A DNA stretch of 64,000 nucleotides from Thermodesulfobacteriota bacterium. Its GTDB lineage: Bacteria; Desulfobacterota_D; UBA1144; Nemesobacterales; UBA2774. The notes beneath the pieces were generated by a model. The model ran no database searches. It was not told the origin of the DNA and saw only the letters and a list, made by a program, of their open reading frames with translations. Below, piece after piece: positions 29,591-40,848 of this stretch. Positions within the stretch are counted from its first letter, which is position 1. Each line of letters begins with the position of its first letter. Made by a program: the position numbers and the translations under genes. Location of the stretch: positions 1,088,001-1,152,000 of the forward strand of contig OY729416.1 in the NCBI GenBank assembly GCA_963422265.1, in the 5' to 3' direction.

Positions 29591-30019
29591 ATGAAGACTT
29601 ACATGGCTACAAGCCAAAGTATTGACAAGAAGTGGTACCTTATTGACGGTAACGGTAAGACCGTAGGAAGAATAGCGACGAAAATCGCCACTATACTAAG
29701 GGGTAAAGACGTCCCGCAGTTCACGCCCCATGCGGGGAGTGGAGGTTTTATCGTAGTAATAAACGCCGAAAAGGTTAGATTCACTGGTAAAAAATGGAGC
29801 CAGAAGACTTACTACTCACACTCTCCATATCCCGGCGGAATTAAGTCAATTACGGCGGAGAATCTGCTAAAGAAAGAACCTGAGAAGATCTTAAAGAACG
29901 CGGTGTGGGGAATGCTTCCCAGGAACAAATGGCAAAAAAAGCTGATTTCCAGATTAAAAGTTTACTCAGGTGCTGAGCATCCTCACGCTCCCCAAAAGCC
30001 TGAAATTTTGGAGGTGTGA
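29591..30019 (+). CDS. rplM: 50S ribosomal protein L13
   Basis: MKTY...WYLID..GRIA...FTPH...VWGMLP...LKVYSGAEHPH. Confidence 0.97.
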   Translation: MKTYMATSQSIDKKWYLIDGNGKTVGRIATKIATILRGKDVPQFTPHAGSGGFIVVINAEKVRFTGKKWSQKTYYSHSPYPGGIKSITAENLLKKEPEKILKNAVWGMLPRNKWQKKLISRLKVYSGAEHPHAPQKPEILEV

Positions 30020-30026
30020 CTAACAA

Positions 30027-30419
30027 ATGGCTGAGGTGAATTGCTATGGAACGGGGAGGAGGAAAACCTCGATAGCTAGAGTTTGGCTCCGCTCGGGAGA
30101 CGGTAAAATAATAATCAACAAACGCGACGTAGAAGAATATTTCCCTCGTCCATCATGGGTCTCTCATGCTTTAGAACCCCTGGACACAACTCGGACAAGG
30201 GGTAAATACAACGTGTTGATAAATGTAAAAGGCGGCGGGCTATCGGGACAGGCAGGGGCTATTAGACACGGGCTCGCAAGAGCGCTTACGAAAACCGACG
30301 AGTCCCTAAGGCCGCTTGTTAAAGCAGCAGGACAACTTAAAAGAGATCCAAGAATGGTAGAGAGAAAAAAATACGGTCTCAAGAAAGCGAGACGTGGACA
30401 GCAATTCTCAAAGAGGTAA
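30027..30419 (+). CDS. rpsI: 30S ribosomal protein S9
   Basis: [37 protein letters not shown]. Confidence 0.98.
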   Translation: MAEVNCYGTGRRKTSIARVWLRSGDGKIIINKRDVEEYFPRPSWVSHALEPLDTTRTRGKYNVLINVKGGGLSGQAGAIRHGLARALTKTDESLRPLVKAAGQLKRDPRMVERKKYGLKKARRGQQFSKR

Positions 30420-30426
30420 TGCTTGT

Positions 30427-31779
30427 TTGCCTACTTCAACATCTAAAAAGAAACCTAACGAAAAGAGCGTTCGCGCCGCCGATGGCAAGCTCGGGGTCCT
30501 TCTTCCTGGCATGGGAGGTGCCGTCAGCACCACTTTTATTGCCGGCGTCGATGCTATAAGGAAGGGGCTTGGAAAGCCAATCGGTTCCTTAACCCAGATG
30601 GGTTCAATAAGGTTAGGGAAGCGCACGAAGAAAAACTTTCCTTTGATCAAGGACCTATTGCCTCTTAGCAATTTGGAAGACCTTGTTTTCGCCGGATGGG
30701 ATATATTCCCTGACAACTGCTTTGAGGCATCTCTAAAAGCGGGAGTGCTGGATAAGAGCCTGGTAGCAGAGCTAAAGGACTCACTAGAAGAGAAGATACC
30801 TATGCCAGCGGTATTTAACAGGGAATACGTTAAAAACCTAAACGGTAAGAACCTAAAGCGCGGCAAGACTAAGATGGATCTTGCGGAGCAGCTTATAGAC
30901 GACATTAGAAAATTCGAGAAGGAAAGCGGGGCAGACCGCCTTGTGATGGTCTGGTGTGGAAGCACCGAAGTCTATATAGAGGCTTCGGAAGTTCACAAAT
31001 CGATAAAATCGTTTGAAGAAGGGTTAAAACTAAACCACCCGGGCATTGCACCAAGCATGATATACGCCTATGCCGCCATACAGTGCGGCGTCCCTTACGC
31101 AAACGGTGCCCCTAACCTTTCTGCAGATATTCCTGCTTTGACCAAGCTTGCGGAAAAGAATAACGTGCCGATTGCCGGAAAAGATTTTAAGACCGGACAA
31201 ACGCTTATGAAAACTATACTTGCACCTGGTCTCAAGAGCAGGATGCTAGGTCTAAGCGGCTGGTTTTCCACAAACATACTAGGCAACAGAGATGGTGAAG
31301 TTTTGGATGATCCCTATTCGTTCAAAACAAAAGAGGAAAGCAAGCTCAGCGTCTTGGAATACCTATTTCAACCTGAGCTTCATCCGGATCTTTATTCCAA
31401 CTACTACCATAAGGTAAGGATCAATTATTACCCTCCACGGGGCGACGCAAAGGAGGCTTGGGATAATGTGGATATATTCGGATGGCTTAATTACCCTATG
31501 CAGATAAAGGTAAATTTTCTTTGCAGGGACAGCATACTGGCTGCTCCTATCGTCCTTGACCTTGCGCTCTTCCTTGATCTAGCTAAAAGAGCGGGATTTA
31601 GTGGCATTCAGGAATGGCTTTCCTTTTATTTCAAGAGTCCGATGCATGCAGAGGGGCTATACCCTGAGCATGACGTGTTTATTCAACTTATGAAATTGAA
31701 AAACACGCTCCGTTATTTGAAAGGGGAAGACTTAATTACGCATTTAGGACTTGACTACTATTACGACCCTGATAATTAG
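30427..31779 (+). CDS. ino1: Inositol-3-phosphate synthase (start uncertain; TTG 30427 chosen)
   Basis: GKDFKTGQT, NILGNRDG, YYPPRGDAKEAWD, RDSILAAP. Confidence 0.92.
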   Translation: MPTSTSKKKPNEKSVRAADGKLGVLLPGMGGAVSTTFIAGVDAIRKGLGKPIGSLTQMGSIRLGKRTKKNFPLIKDLLPLSNLEDLVFAGWDIFPDNCFEASLKAGVLDKSLVAELKDSLEEKIPMPAVFNREYVKNLNGKNLKRGKTKMDLAEQLIDDIRKFEKESGADRLVMVWCGSTEVYIEASEVHKSIKSFEEGLKLNHPGIAPSMIYAYAAIQCGVPYANGAPNLSADIPALTKLAEKNNVPIAGKDFKTGQTLMKTILAPGLKSRMLGLSGWFSTNILGNRDGEVLDDPYSFKTKEESKLSVLEYLFQPELHPDLYSNYYHKVRINYYPPRGDAKEAWDNVDIFGWLNYPMQIKVNFLCRDSILAAPIVLDLALFLDLAKRAGFSGIQEWLSFYFKSPMHAEGLYPEHDVFIQLMKLKNTLRYLKGEDLITHLGLDYYYDPDN

Positions 31780-31802
31780 CAAAGGAAATGCAATAGCGCC
31801 TT

Positions 31803-32666
31803 CTAGGCTTGAGCGCTTATGGCAAGCCATTTGCGGGTAACGTAAGGCTTCCCATTCTCATCCAAACTTCCGTGCATCACAATAGCGGGACCTACAGAAT
31901 ACTTCATCGCTTGCACAGCATCGCTTATAGGGTAGCCTCGTAGCGCCCCTGCGGCGTACTGCTGAAAAGCGCTTATATACTCCCACGCTTCTTGGTGCAT
32001 ATCAGCAGCGAATTCTTTAGCGGAAACAAGGCTAAACCCAGCTTCCTTAACCAAATTTTCGTAATAAGAGCGAGGGAGAAATTTTGCAGCTTCCGTCCTG
32101 GCATTTGTTTTTTCTCTCTTTACCCCCCTATCTCTCAAATACTGAACCGCGTTCTTAACTTGCGTGCGGTAAAAGGGGAGGGTATCGGGGGGCCTTGCCT
32201 CTTCGTAAAACGCAGTATTAAAGAAAAGGAATCCACCGGGCTTAAGGGCTTTTTTAATTCTCTTTACGCAGTCGAGTTGATCGTCTTCAGGAAGGTAGTG
32301 TATGCCATTTCCCCAAACGGCTATGTCCACGCTCTGGTCCGGGATCATCATATTCTCTATTGAAGAATGAACGAGCTTTAATCTGTCCACAGTCTTTTCT
32401 AGTTTTTGCTGCGCCAATTTTAAAGCCCCTGAAGACTGATCGAGGCACAGCACAGCAACTTTTTTCCAACTCCCCGGAAAATTATCAAAAACGAGTTGAA
32501 CCATAGTACCCGCACCCGTGGCAACGTCTAACATTCTTTCAAGGCTGCTAATCCCTTTTTTCTTCATTATTGCAGTCCAACTCAGTATGCACTCTCCGTT
32601 TACTTGCTTATATTCCTCAGTTTCCGCAAACGGCTCATAATTATAATTCTCTTTTGTCGCCTTCAT
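31803..32666 (-). CDS. Class I SAM-dependent methyltransferase
   Basis: LDVATGAG motif I, GNGIHY, LKPGG. Confidence 0.82.
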   Translation of the reverse strand: MKATKENYNYEPFAETEEYKQVNGECILSWTAIMKKKGISSLERMLDVATGAGTMVQLVFDNFPGSWKKVAVLCLDQSSGALKLAQQKLEKTVDRLKLVHSSIENMMIPDQSVDIAVWGNGIHYLPEDDQLDCVKRIKKALKPGGFLFFNTAFYEEARPPDTLPFYRTQVKNAVQYLRDRGVKREKTNARTEAAKFLPRSYYENLVKEAGFSLVSAKEFAADMHQEAWEYISAFQQYAAGALRGYPISDAVQAMKYSVGPAIVMHGSLDENGKPYVTRKWLAISAQA

Positions 32667-32798
32667 ACATATAACCTCCCGAGATTATCAGCTAAACTAT
32701 CGATTCTATTATAGAATTGGTTCCCGAGCAAATAAACCTCAATTTATAATATAACACAAGATAATGAGAAAAACAAACGTCAATATCTTAACCAATTA

Positions 32799-33440
32799 TC
32801 AAACGCCCCTTTTAATTCCCCAAATAATCTTGTGAAGTTGGGGTAAAACCCTTACCCTTCCTAATCCTTCGTCAATCACCTTTTCCACTATCCAGCTAAT
32901 TTCTAACCCGTGTGCAGGCTGAAAGATCACATTAGCTTTTATATCATAACCGCTCAATACACTCAGAGCATACTTATAATCAATATCATCCTGCAATACG
33001 AATTTGAGCTGATCCGTTGCGCGCAGTTTCTCAAAAAGATCAAAGTTCATTCTGTCCTGCATATTAGAGCTAGGACACTTACAATCCATACTTATCACGC
33101 TTTGTTCCCGCCAAAAAACGGGGGGAGGTATCCTATGCCCGCTAGTTTCAAGTAATACTCTATAACCCAACTCTATTAAATCACCGGCTAATATCTCTAC
33201 CTCCTTTAGTTGAATAAGGGGCTCTCCACCGGTAATACAAACCCTCTCACAGTTAAACTTTCCTATCTCTTTTTTGACAGTATCAACGGCAAGATTCTTA
33301 AAATCCACGCCTTCGACCGCATACATAGTGTCACACCACGAACACCTTAGGTCACAGGCGAACAGACGAACGAAAACTGTCGGCAACCCTATATCCACTC
33401 CCTCACCCTGTAGGGAGAAAAAAATCTCGCTTATCTTCAT
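32799..33440 (-). CDS. queE: 7-carboxy-7-deazaguanine synthase (radical SAM)
   Basis: EIFFSLQGEG, CDLRCSWCDT, TGGEP, QLHK. Confidence 0.93.
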   Translation of the reverse strand: MKISEIFFSLQGEGVDIGLPTVFVRLFACDLRCSWCDTMYAVEGVDFKNLAVDTVKKEIGKFNCERVCITGGEPLIQLKEVEILAGDLIELGYRVLLETSGHRIPPPVFWREQSVISMDCKCPSSNMQDRMNFDLFEKLRATDQLKFVLQDDIDYKYALSVLSGYDIKANVIFQPAHGLEISWIVEKVIDEGLGRVRVLPQLHKIIWGIKRGV

Positions 33441-34114
33441 CTTTCGTACTCGGTAAGGTCAGGGTATCCTGACTGCTGAAAAGCCCTTTTTCTCTCTCTG
33501 CAGGAACTGCAAATACCACAGTGAACCCCCGCGCCTCTGTAGCACGTCCACGTTGCCTCAAGTGGCACGCCGAGCTCAATGCCGAGTTTGACTATCTCTG
33601 ACTTATCAATATCAACAAAAGGAGCATCAATAACAAGACTAGGATTGTCCGTCGCAAGCCTCTCAGAATACTCAAATGCCCGAACAAACTCTTTTCTACA
33701 GTCCGGATAAACGCCTCTGTCCGAAAAATGAGCGCCGAAAAACACGCTATTGGCGCCTATGCTCACAGCATAGCCTACCGCTAATGATAACAGTATAGCA
33801 TTTCGGTTTGGGACGATAGTAGCTTTAAGTGTCTCATAATGCTGGGTCGTCTCAGGAACGCTTGGTATATCCACCGCTGAATCCGTGAGCGCCGACCCTT
33901 GCAGCAGTTCTCTAATAACGGACACATCTACTACTTTATGGAGAACGCCTAGCCCATCGCATACATTGCGGGCAGCCTGAACTTCTTTTTTATGCTTCTG
34001 TCCGTAGAGGAACGTAAGCGCCCTCGTGTCAAAACCCTTTTTATAGATTTTATATAGTAGAGCTGAACTATCAATCCCACCAGAAAATACGACTACGGCT
34101 CTCTTAGCGCCCAT
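33437..34114 (-). CDS. queC: 7-cyano-7-deazaguanine synthase
   Basis: FSGGIDS, YGQKH, VPNRN, YPDCR, CGICSSC. Confidence 0.95.
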   Translation of the reverse strand: MGAKRAVVVFSGGIDSSALLYKIYKKGFDTRALTFLYGQKHKKEVQAARNVCDGLGVLHKVVDVSVIRELLQGSALTDSAVDIPSVPETTQHYETLKATIVPNRNAILLSLAVGYAVSIGANSVFFGAHFSDRGVYPDCRKEFVRAFEYSERLATDNPSLVIDAPFVDIDKSEIVKLGIELGVPLEATWTCYRGAGVHCGICSSCRERKRAFQQSGYPDLTEYER

Positions 34115-34158
34115 TTACAAAATTATACTGAACTACGCGGAAATAGAGCGAAATCTAT

Positions 34159-36357
34159 CTAAAGTTTTGTTAAATAGGCTTTTGAAGGCTCACCGCTCTT
34201 TGAAACAACGTCGTCGTAGAAATCAGTCAGCTTGTTTTCCAGTCCATCCACGTGTCCCATCACTTCCTGTATTCGCTTATCCAGATCCTCGGCTTCAAGA
34301 TCAATGTCCTTACATCTTCTCCAGCTTATAATGTGACCCTTTATATGATCAAAAGCCTCGTAGATAGATTTCATATCATCCCCTATTTGCGAGACGCTTA
34401 CGGCTATCTCCCTTTTGTCCCTTTCCCTTCTTACGTAGCCAAGCCAGAAAAGGGCAAATGCGAATGCTAATATCATTAAAGCCTGAGGTGCAGCCGTCTC
34501 AAAAGTTGGATATATGCCCAATGCTTCTAATCTTGGAAGGAAGCCAGCCGATGTTTCGCTGACGACTCCAGCCTCCTGAAGCTCCCTTATCCCTTTTCCC
34601 AAAAGGGTGAAGGAAAGGAGATACAAAAAGATGCTCGTAAATGAGAAAAAGTATCTGATCGGAATACGAAGAGCCATCTTAAACACTACTATAAACAGAA
34701 CAACTAGAAGCGCTAACCCCGCAATAAATCCCCAGACTACGGCTGACTTTGAGTTTTCAGACTGAAACCAAAGCGCTTGATAGAAAAGCACTGTCTCAAA
34801 GGCTTCTCTATAAACTGCAAAAAAGGAAACGCTTGCCAAAGCCAACAGGTTCTTTTTGGTTAAAGCCCTTTTTACCTTTCCCTCAATGTATTCCTTCCAC
34901 TTCCTGACTTCTATTTTAGTAATCAGCCAGTAGCTTACGTAAAACAAAACGCAGGCGGCAGTCAGGGCGGTCAAGCCCTCAATAACCTCCCTTTGAGCCC
35001 CGCTGATGGAAATAATAGTTCTTGCCAAAACCCAAGTAAGCAAGCCTACGACTATAGCCAATATCCAGCCAAAGTGTATGTACCTGACGTAGGCTCTAGC
35101 ACCCGTTGCGTTAAGAAAAGCGATGATCGCAGCGATTACCAATATTGCTTCCAGCCCTTCCCTCAATATAATGGCGAAGGAATTTAAGAAAGACATATAG
35201 GCGTCAACGGGTTGCTCACCCGCTAAAACATCCGAAGCGCTTTCAAGATCCTTCCCAATGTCGTCCCTTAGCGCAGTTACTTCTTCAATTGGTATTTCCG
35301 ATTTTATAGCTTCTCTCAGTTGGGAAAGCTTAGATTCTATTTGGCTGGCAAGACCCTTGTCCCTAACAAATAGATCAGATTCTACCTGCTCGAACCCCAG
35401 AAGGTAGGCATCAAGAGCTTTCTCATGAGCTTCCCGCGAGCTGCCACTTCTGTAAAGCTTAAGGGAATCATCAAGCAATTGATTGGCCATAACAAGTGGT
35501 GAATCTAGAGATTGATAATCACCGCTGCGCAAATAGGCAAAAACGTATTCCCGTTCTCTCTTGTCACCAATATGCTCGCCTATCCTATCTTTAACTTCAT
35601 CGTTAGTGAGCGTTGCGAGAATCTTATAATCCTTTACCTCTTCAGGAAGATCTGAGGCAAGATTACCTCCCTTATTGTTACCGTCTTCATCAGCCGCAAG
35701 AGACGAGAGGTAAAAGGCAACATCCCACTTGTCGATATCCGAGAGCGCCGGAAAAGATGGCATGGCGGTTCCTTTAAGCCCAAAAGTCATAGCGTTATGC
35801 GCCTTAAACGGCGAAAGCCCAGCGTAGAAATCCGGATCCAGGAAGTTTGTTGGACGAGGACTTAACCCCATCGCCAAAAGACCGTCTCCTGCACCTTTTA
35901 CCCCATGACACTGAGAACAATAGCTAGAATACAATTCCTTTCCCGCAGCGCGCGAGGGAGGCTTCTCGGGATATGGATTTATGCCATAAGAAACAACGAT
36001 TTTTTCCTTTATGCTTTTTGATAAACGCTTGACCTCCTTTACCGAAGATCTATCGGTTATCAGAGCGGAAAGCCGTATAATATCTGATCCTATATCCGCC
36101 TTATCCTCCCTTGAACCTAACAACCGTCCAAAGAGATGCTCAGCCTCGCTAGAGAACTCTAGCATTTCATTATATTCGTTATGATTAATGACTGCGCCGT
36201 TCTCCACCGCATTCTGATAATCACTGCCTATATAATCAATTAGAGACAGTATCCTCTTGGGATCAGAAGAAGAAAAAGCGGGCATCTCCGCCATAAACAA
36301 GAAAAGACAACCGTATATCAATACAGACAGCACCCTAATTTTTAGACCTACTATCAT
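34159..36357 (-). CDS. Cytochrome c / FTR1 family iron permease
   Basis: CSQCH heme motif; REGLE and REAFE motifs. Confidence 0.9.
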   Translation of the reverse strand: MIVGLKIRVLSVLIYGCLFLFMAEMPAFSSSDPKRILSLIDYIGSDYQNAVENGAVINHNEYNEMLEFSSEAEHLFGRLLGSREDKADIGSDIIRLSALITDRSSVKEVKRLSKSIKEKIVVSYGINPYPEKPPSRAAGKELYSSYCSQCHGVKGAGDGLLAMGLSPRPTNFLDPDFYAGLSPFKAHNAMTFGLKGTAMPSFPALSDIDKWDVAFYLSSLAADEDGNNKGGNLASDLPEEVKDYKILATLTNDEVKDRIGEHIGDKREREYVFAYLRSGDYQSLDSPLVMANQLLDDSLKLYRSGSSREAHEKALDAYLLGFEQVESDLFVRDKGLASQIESKLSQLREAIKSEIPIEEVTALRDDIGKDLESASDVLAGEQPVDAYMSFLNSFAIILREGLEAILVIAAIIAFLNATGARAYVRYIHFGWILAIVVGLLTWVLARTIISISGAQREVIEGLTALTAACVLFYVSYWLITKIEVRKWKEYIEGKVKRALTKKNLLALASVSFFAVYREAFETVLFYQALWFQSENSKSAVVWGFIAGLALLVVLFIVVFKMALRIPIRYFFSFTSIFLYLLSFTLLGKGIRELQEAGVVSETSAGFLPRLEALGIYPTFETAAPQALMILAFAFALFWLGYVRRERDKREIAVSVSQIGDDMKSIYEAFDHIKGHIISWRRCKDIDLEAEDLDKRIQEVMGHVDGLENKLTDFYDDVVSKSGEPSKAYLTKL

Positions 36358-36420
36358 TGATTTTTGAAGAATTCTTCCGCTATAAGTTAGTATTAAGTTT
36401 ATTTATCAGACAATATCAAG

Positions 36421-36443
36421 AAGTTGAGATTGAATATCAATTT
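36421..36443. promoter_or_regulatory. Fur-box-like operator
   Basis: 7-1-7 inverted repeat TGAGATT-G-AATATCA, about 65 bp upstream of the iron permease start. Confidence 0.65.
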
Positions 36444-36538
36444 AACTGAATCCTCAGGCTACCACAAACGTGTTAGCTGTCAAGAATTGAATTTGCAAGA
36501 AAAGAAGTTTTACTTATCATTATTCAGGCATAGTTAGC

Positions 36539-38620
36539 ATGCTGGAGACATGGAAAATGAACGGCGTAGATAAAAAACGCAAAGACAGGGATGAGAATGG
36601 ACAAAAACTCTTCGGAGAATTTCCTGAAACAACTAAAGAAGAGTGGAAAGAGCAAATCTTAAAAGATTTGCGTGGACAGGATTTTGAAAAGCTAAACTGG
36701 AAACCTTACGAAGGTTTTACTGTTAACCCTTTCTATACTGCACAGGATGTAGAACATTTCGACTATTTAGCAAATAGCACCGCTTCCAAAAATCCTTTTA
36801 TTAAAAATACTGAAACCAAGGATAATGACTGGAAAGTGAGCGTGGCTATTTCCAAAGGCGATATAAAGCTAGCTAATGAAGCTGCGAAGAAAAGCCTTAG
36901 AGCCGGGGCGGACTCTCTGACGTTTATATGTGAAATAAACGGCAACGTAATTTCCGGCGTTCCAATCCAGAATAAAAACGAATTTGCGGAGCTACTAGCA
37001 GACATACCCATAGGCAAAATACCAATACACTTTAGGTGCGGCAGCACCTGCTCAATGGGAATTTTATCGCTTTTTATCAATGAGGCTAAAGAGAGGAGTA
37101 TAGATGCTAACAATCTAACTGGTTCATTAGATACGGATCCTCTGAGAACTCTGGAGTTAAATGGGTCCTTCGACTCAAGCGAATCAGACGTTTTTAGTGA
37201 ATTAGCATCCCTTATGCTTTATCTTAGCGATAATATGCCCAAATTTAAAGGACTCAAAATACATGGAAATCAGTTTCACGAGTCGGGCGCTTCTATAACT
37301 CAGGAGCTTGCCTTCGCCATGTCTTCAGGAGCCGAGTATTTAGACAAACTTACTTCTAGGGGCTTAACTGTAGATCAAATATCAAAGCATACGAGCCTTT
37401 CCTTCTCAATAGGTTCAAACTACTTTATGGAGATAGCCAAACTGCGGGCGGCTAGATTGCTCTGGCGTAATATTATAGGGGCTTTCAAACCTAAGGATGA
37501 GGCTTCAAAAGAAACGTCCATTGAGACTGAAACCTGTCTTTGGAACAAAACGTCCTATGATCCCCACGTCAATCTGCTTAGAGGCACAGTTGAAGCAATG
37601 GCCGCATCAATAGGGGGAAGCGATTTCATAACAGTATTACCCCTGGATTCGACTTTCAAACCTCCCGATGATTTCTCATCAAGGATAGCGATAAATACAC
37701 ATCTTATATTAAAAAACGAGGCTTACCTAGATAGGGTTATAGATGCCTCGTCAGGCTCGTATTACATTGAGACCTTGACATATTTATTAGCTTGTAAGTC
37801 GTGGAGCCTATTTCAGGAAATAGAAAAGCTTGGGGGCATGATGGAAGCGCTCAGATTAGGGTTTATTCAGAATGAGATAGAAAAAGTTAGACTAGACAGG
37901 GAGGCTAACGTTGCGACAAGGAAAGAAACTTTGCTGGGAGCGAATCAATATCCGAACCTTAAAGAGAAATTAAACGGAAGTATTGGATCCCCGCAAAAAA
38001 GCGAGCGCCTTAAGAAATCAGGGAAAAAGATCACCCCTAGCAATAGAAATTCTATGGAATTCCTCCTGAATTTCCTATACAAAGATAGCTCCCATATAGG
38101 CGATATAGCACCGAGAAGTCAAAAGAAAAGAGGGGTTAAGTTGAAAACCCTGCAACCTTACAGAGGAGCTGAGGAATTTGAGGATATGCGTCTTGCTAGC
38201 GAGATACACGCAGAGGAATCTGGAAAAAGCCCCGCCGTATTCCTTTTACCGATTGGAAGCTTGGCTATACGTACCGCGCGTGCATCCTTTTCAGCTAATT
38301 TCTTTGGATGCGCAGGGTTTAACGTCATAGAAAACGCCGGCTTTGATTCTCCTGATCAAGGCGTTGATGCAGCGCTTGAAAGCGGCTCAAAAATTGTTGT
38401 TATCTGTGGATCGGACGAAGATTACCGGCAGGTCGCCCCCGCAATTTCTAAAAAGTTGAAGGCGAAGAATCCCCAAGCTCGCGTGGTAATCGCCGGCAAT
38501 CCAAGGGATCATATTAGAGAGCTCACCGAATCGGGAATAAATGACTTTATTCATATACGCTCAAATGCACTGCAACAACTTAGAGACTATCAAAAGCACT
38601 GTGGAATTCAAGGTAGATAG
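36539..38620 (+). CDS. mutA: Methylmalonyl-CoA mutase small subunit
   Basis: YFMEIAKLRAARLLW, DPHVNLLRGT, GSYYIETLT, ARASFSANFF; lacks DxHxxG. Confidence 0.9.
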   Translation: MLETWKMNGVDKKRKDRDENGQKLFGEFPETTKEEWKEQILKDLRGQDFEKLNWKPYEGFTVNPFYTAQDVEHFDYLANSTASKNPFIKNTETKDNDWKVSVAISKGDIKLANEAAKKSLRAGADSLTFICEINGNVISGVPIQNKNEFAELLADIPIGKIPIHFRCGSTCSMGILSLFINEAKERSIDANNLTGSLDTDPLRTLELNGSFDSSESDVFSELASLMLYLSDNMPKFKGLKIHGNQFHESGASITQELAFAMSSGAEYLDKLTSRGLTVDQISKHTSLSFSIGSNYFMEIAKLRAARLLWRNIIGAFKPKDEASKETSIETETCLWNKTSYDPHVNLLRGTVEAMAASIGGSDFITVLPLDSTFKPPDDFSSRIAINTHLILKNEAYLDRVIDASSGSYYIETLTYLLACKSWSLFQEIEKLGGMMEALRLGFIQNEIEKVRLDREANVATRKETLLGANQYPNLKEKLNGSIGSPQKSERLKKSGKKITPSNRNSMEFLLNFLYKDSSHIGDIAPRSQKKRGVKLKTLQPYRGAEEFEDMRLASEIHAEESGKSPAVFLLPIGSLAIRTARASFSANFFGCAGFNVIENAGFDSPDQGVDAALESGSKIVVICGSDEDYRQVAPAISKKLKAKNPQARVVIAGNPRDHIRELTESGINDFIHIRSNALQQLRDYQKHCGIQGR

Positions 38621-38632
38621 AGGCAAAACAAG

Positions 38633-40786
38633 TTGAAACCAGACTTTACAAAAATAGACCTAAGCTATCGGGGAAATACCAGATCACCTATGAATAGGAT
38701 CAAGCCAGAGGCTGAATGGGCGACCCCAGAGGGAATTCTGGTAAGCCGTATCTATACTAAAGACGATCTCACAGGAGTTGAGCATCTACGCTTTTGCGCT
38801 GGCTTACCACCCTATCTGCGGGGTCCTTATCCAAGTATGTACTTAACCCGCCCCTGGACGATAAGACAATACGCCGGGTTCTCTACGGCGGAAGAATCTA
38901 ATGCGTTCTATAGGAGAAATCTAGCTGCAGGGCAGAAGGGATTGTCGGTCGCCTTTGACCTTCCGACGCATAGAGGATACGACTCTGACCACGAGCGCGT
39001 GGTGGGAGACGTAGGAAAGGCTGGCGTCGCTATTGATTCCGTCCTGGATATGAAGATCCTCTTTGATAGAATCCCACTTGATGAAATATCGGTATCTATG
39101 ACAATGAACGGAGCAGTGCTGCCCATAATGGCGTTTTACATAGTAGCTGCTGAGGAGCAAGGGGTAAGCCCTGAGAAGTTAAACGGGACTATTCAGAATG
39201 ACATTCTAAAGGAGTTTATGGTTAGAAACACCTATATCTATCCACCCAAGGCGTCCATGCGCATAATCGCCGACATATTTAAGTACACCGCCGACCATAT
39301 GCCCAAGTTCAACAATATCAGCGTGAGTGGATACCATATGGAGGAAGCGGGAGCTTCTTCCGACATTGAACTCGCTTACACGCTCGCCGACGGGCTCGAG
39401 TATCTTCGTACGGGCATAGGAACCGGGATGAATATAGATGATTTCGCTCCCCGCATATCATTCTTCTGGGGCATAGGAATGAACCACTTTATGGAAATCG
39501 CTAAGATGAGAGCGGCGAGGATGCTCTGGGCGAAGATCGTAAAGCAATTTGAGCCTAAAAATCCCAAATCAATGGCGCTTAGAACGCATTGCCAAACCTC
39601 TGGCTGGAGCCTGACCGAACAGGATCCTTTTAATAACGCAATCAGGACGTGCATCGAAGCATTGGCGGCTGCCCTAGGAGGCACTCAGTCACTTCATACG
39701 AATGCCCTTGACGAGGCGATAGCGCTTCCCACGGACTTTTCAGCTAGAATTGCGCGAAACACGCAGATTTACCTTCAGAAAGAGACTAATGTCTGCCACT
39801 CAGTTGACCCTTGGGCAGGATCCTACTACGTTGAGTACTTGACGGATAGACTCGCCCGCCGGGCATGGGAGCTTATAGAAGAGGTTGAAGAACTAGGGGG
39901 AATGGCAAAAGCAATCGAAACTGGGCTACCAAAAATGAGGATAGAAGAAGCGGCGGCGCGGAAACAAGCTCGCATAGACTCCGGACAAGATACGATAGTA
40001 GGAGTAAACAAGTATAGGGTGGAAGAAGATGACGATGAGATCGAAACTTTAGAGGTCGATAACGCAGCAGTAAGGACGGCGCAGATAGAACAACTTGAGG
40101 AATTAAAAAAAATGAGAGACAACAAAGCTGTAAAAAACGCACTTGAAGCCATCACAAGGAGCGCCGAAAGCGGTAAGGGCAACCTCCTTGAGCTCGCAGT
40201 GGAAGCCGCGAGAAAACGCTCTACACTCGGCGAAATATCTTATGCTTGCGAAAAAGCATACGGTAGATATAAGGCGGTCATTCGCTCAGTAAAAGGGGTT
40301 TATTCATCTGAAATTTCAAAAGACGAGAGCTTTGTTAAAACGAGAGAGTTAGCCAATGAGTTTGCTGAAATTGAGGGAAGAAGACCTAGGTTAATGGTTG
40401 TAAAGATGGGACAGGACGGACATGATAGAGGTGCAAAGGTGATAGCCACTAGTTTCGCCGATCTTGGATTCGACGTGGACGTCGGAGCCCTGTTTCAAAC
40501 GCCTTTAGAGGCAGCGAGGCAGGCAATGGAAAACGACGTCCATATAATCGGGATTTCAAGCCTTGCCGCAGGGCACAAAACCCTTGTACCTGAATTAATA
40601 AAAGAGCTTAAAAATATGGATTCGGACGACGTTATTATAGTAGTAGGCGGAGTGATTCCAAAGCAGGATTATGATTTTCTATATGATGCGGGGGTAGCCG
40701 CTATATTTGGACCTGGAACGGTAATATCGCAGGCGGCTCAGCATATACTAACAATAATGTTAAATAAAGCCAAACGAGGATCGTGA
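38633..40786 (+). CDS. scpA: Methylmalonyl-CoA mutase large subunit
   Basis: [26 protein letters not shown]12 motif [13 protein letters not shown]. Confidence 0.96.
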   Translation: MKPDFTKIDLSYRGNTRSPMNRIKPEAEWATPEGILVSRIYTKDDLTGVEHLRFCAGLPPYLRGPYPSMYLTRPWTIRQYAGFSTAEESNAFYRRNLAAGQKGLSVAFDLPTHRGYDSDHERVVGDVGKAGVAIDSVLDMKILFDRIPLDEISVSMTMNGAVLPIMAFYIVAAEEQGVSPEKLNGTIQNDILKEFMVRNTYIYPPKASMRIIADIFKYTADHMPKFNNISVSGYHMEEAGASSDIELAYTLADGLEYLRTGIGTGMNIDDFAPRISFFWGIGMNHFMEIAKMRAARMLWAKIVKQFEPKNPKSMALRTHCQTSGWSLTEQDPFNNAIRTCIEALAAALGGTQSLHTNALDEAIALPTDFSARIARNTQIYLQKETNVCHSVDPWAGSYYVEYLTDRLARRAWELIEEVEELGGMAKAIETGLPKMRIEEAAARKQARIDSGQDTIVGVNKYRVEEDDDEIETLEVDNAAVRTAQIEQLEELKKMRDNKAVKNALEAITRSAESGKGNLLELAVEAARKRSTLGEISYACEKAYGRYKAVIRSVKGVYSSEISKDESFVKTRELANEFAEIEGRRPRLMVVKMGQDGHDRGAKVIATSFADLGFDVDVGALFQTPLEAARQAMENDVHIIGISSLAAGHKTLVPELIKELKNMDSDDVIIVVGGVIPKQDYDFLYDAGVAAIFGPGTVISQAAQHILTIMLNKAKRGS

Positions 40787-40848
40787 ACCAAGCGACCCTA
40801 CTATCACTCACTTTAATAATTACAAAATGAAGTTTAGGGAATGATGGT

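Noticed and set aside
32799-34114. Dpd 7-deazaguanine DNA modification defence system
   Set aside because: No dpdA/tgt-like or other dpd genes nearby; the context is housekeeping.
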